Shown in pieces: positions 55,288 through 64,000 of a stretch of DNA of 64,000 nucleotides. The notes beneath the pieces were generated by a model, which was given only the letters and a program-made list of their open reading frames with translations, had not been told where the DNA came from and did no database searches. This DNA comes from the human T2T-CHM13v2.0 reference genome, Homo sapiens: NCBI RefSeq assembly GCF_009914755.1, contig NC_060941.1. The stretch is one strand, 5' to 3'. How positions within the stretch are numbered: position 1 is the first letter of the stretch; each line of letters starts with the position of its first letter. Both the position numbers and the translations under genes were made by a program.

Positions 55288-56154
55288 GTTAATTCCATGC
55301 TGTGTTTCAGTAAGAACAATACAGATTCTGTATCTGTGGCTCCAGTCAGATATCCAGTAGTACAAATTAGCTTCAAGTTACACATACTGAACAAAAGAGG
55401 TTGAGCGAGCGAAGGAGGGGAGGAGTGAGGGGAAGGAGGTAGGGGGAGGGGGAAGGAGAAGAAACAAAAGAATTGAACAGGCATGCAGGCTTTTCCATAC
55501 CACCTTCAACGCTAACCTGCTTCAGTGGGAGAGTAAAGTAGGCAAGAATGAGCAGCCACGGATTGTTGAACTGTTACCAGCACCATGCTTTTCAGCAACA
55601 TTTCAGCGGAGTTGGAAACATTTTTTACAGCAAAACCATTACAACGAAGTCCCTCCCCAAACCACCTTTAACCATCTCAAGCTAACACCCAATTACTTGC
55701 AAACACTGGTATAAAACACAGTTTAAACAATTAGAAAAATGAAAACTGATACCACTTATGCCTCTATAGTGTGATTAACCTCTCTCTTAGATGCTTGCAT
55801 CACCTATAAGTCTAATGGCTTTCAAATGTAATTTCCATTTGCTAATGGTGATCTTGCCACATCTGGCACGGAGACGACACAGTAATGCTGAAAAAGCCTC
55901 TATGTAGTCCTGTTAGTGTCTTAAAGAACCTAAAAGCTGGGACCAGTAAAATCCACAGAAATTCACTCTTGCCTTTAAGAACTTTTGAAAACTGTTTAAA
56001 AAAAAAAAAAAAAAACCAACAGGGCAGGAACCTAAATTCTGAGACCAAATGTAAAAGTCAGATTTGGTGGTTCTCAGTGACAATGGGGAGTTTCCAAAGG
56101 GTGGGATGGGGAGGAGGGGGTGGTCAGAGATGGTTTCTCTTGTTGGCTTATGTC
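55250..56154 (-). other. YWHAE: YWHAE 3'UTR (end approximate)
   Basis: Repeat-free AT-rich sequence following the TGA stop, ending at a cluster of minus-strand AATAAA/ATTAAA hexamers. Confidence 0.85.
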
Positions 56155-56207
56155 TCACTGATTTTCGTCTTCCACGTCCTGCAGCGCTTCTTTATTCTGC
56201 TCTTCAC
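56155..56207 (-). CDS. YWHAE: YWHAE (14-3-3 epsilon) last exon, coding part
   Basis: Minus strand tttttctttttt-aacAG|GT GAA GAG CAG AAT AAA GAA GCG CTG CAG GAC GTG GAA GAC GAA AAT CAG TGA = (G)EEQNKEALQDVEDENQ*, the 14-3-3 epsilon C-terminus. Confidence 0.98.

Positions 56208-64000
<7,793 letters not shown>

Overview
Human (or closely related hominoid) genomic DNA from 17p13.3. Two genes face each other tail to tail. On the + strand is the 3' part of TRARG1/TUSC5 (end of intron 1, coding exon 8876-9008, last exon from 11637 with a ~2.7 kb 3'UTR). On the - strand is the last exon of YWHAE (14-3-3 epsilon; CDS 56155-56207, 3'UTR to ~55250) plus part of its last intron. The ~41 kb between them has no credible protein-coding gene. 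It is filled with Alus (about 90 copies or fragments in the whole window by eye count, roughly 40% of the sequence), L1/L2/MIR/MER5 relics and LTRs (three recognised in the window). The window also has eight minisatellites. Almost all ORFs in the supplied track come from Alus or VNTRs. I found no prokaryote-style or otherwise novel gene system. The most interesting signals are structural: minisatellites grown from recognisable L2 motifs; a ~150-bp Alu-junction patch shared in inverted orientation between 8.0 kb and 46.7 kb; two different Alu subfamilies at the same site of a duplicated unit; and VNTRs that multiply transcription-factor motifs. Repeat-family calls rest on my memory of consensus sequences, and repeat boundaries are approximate.
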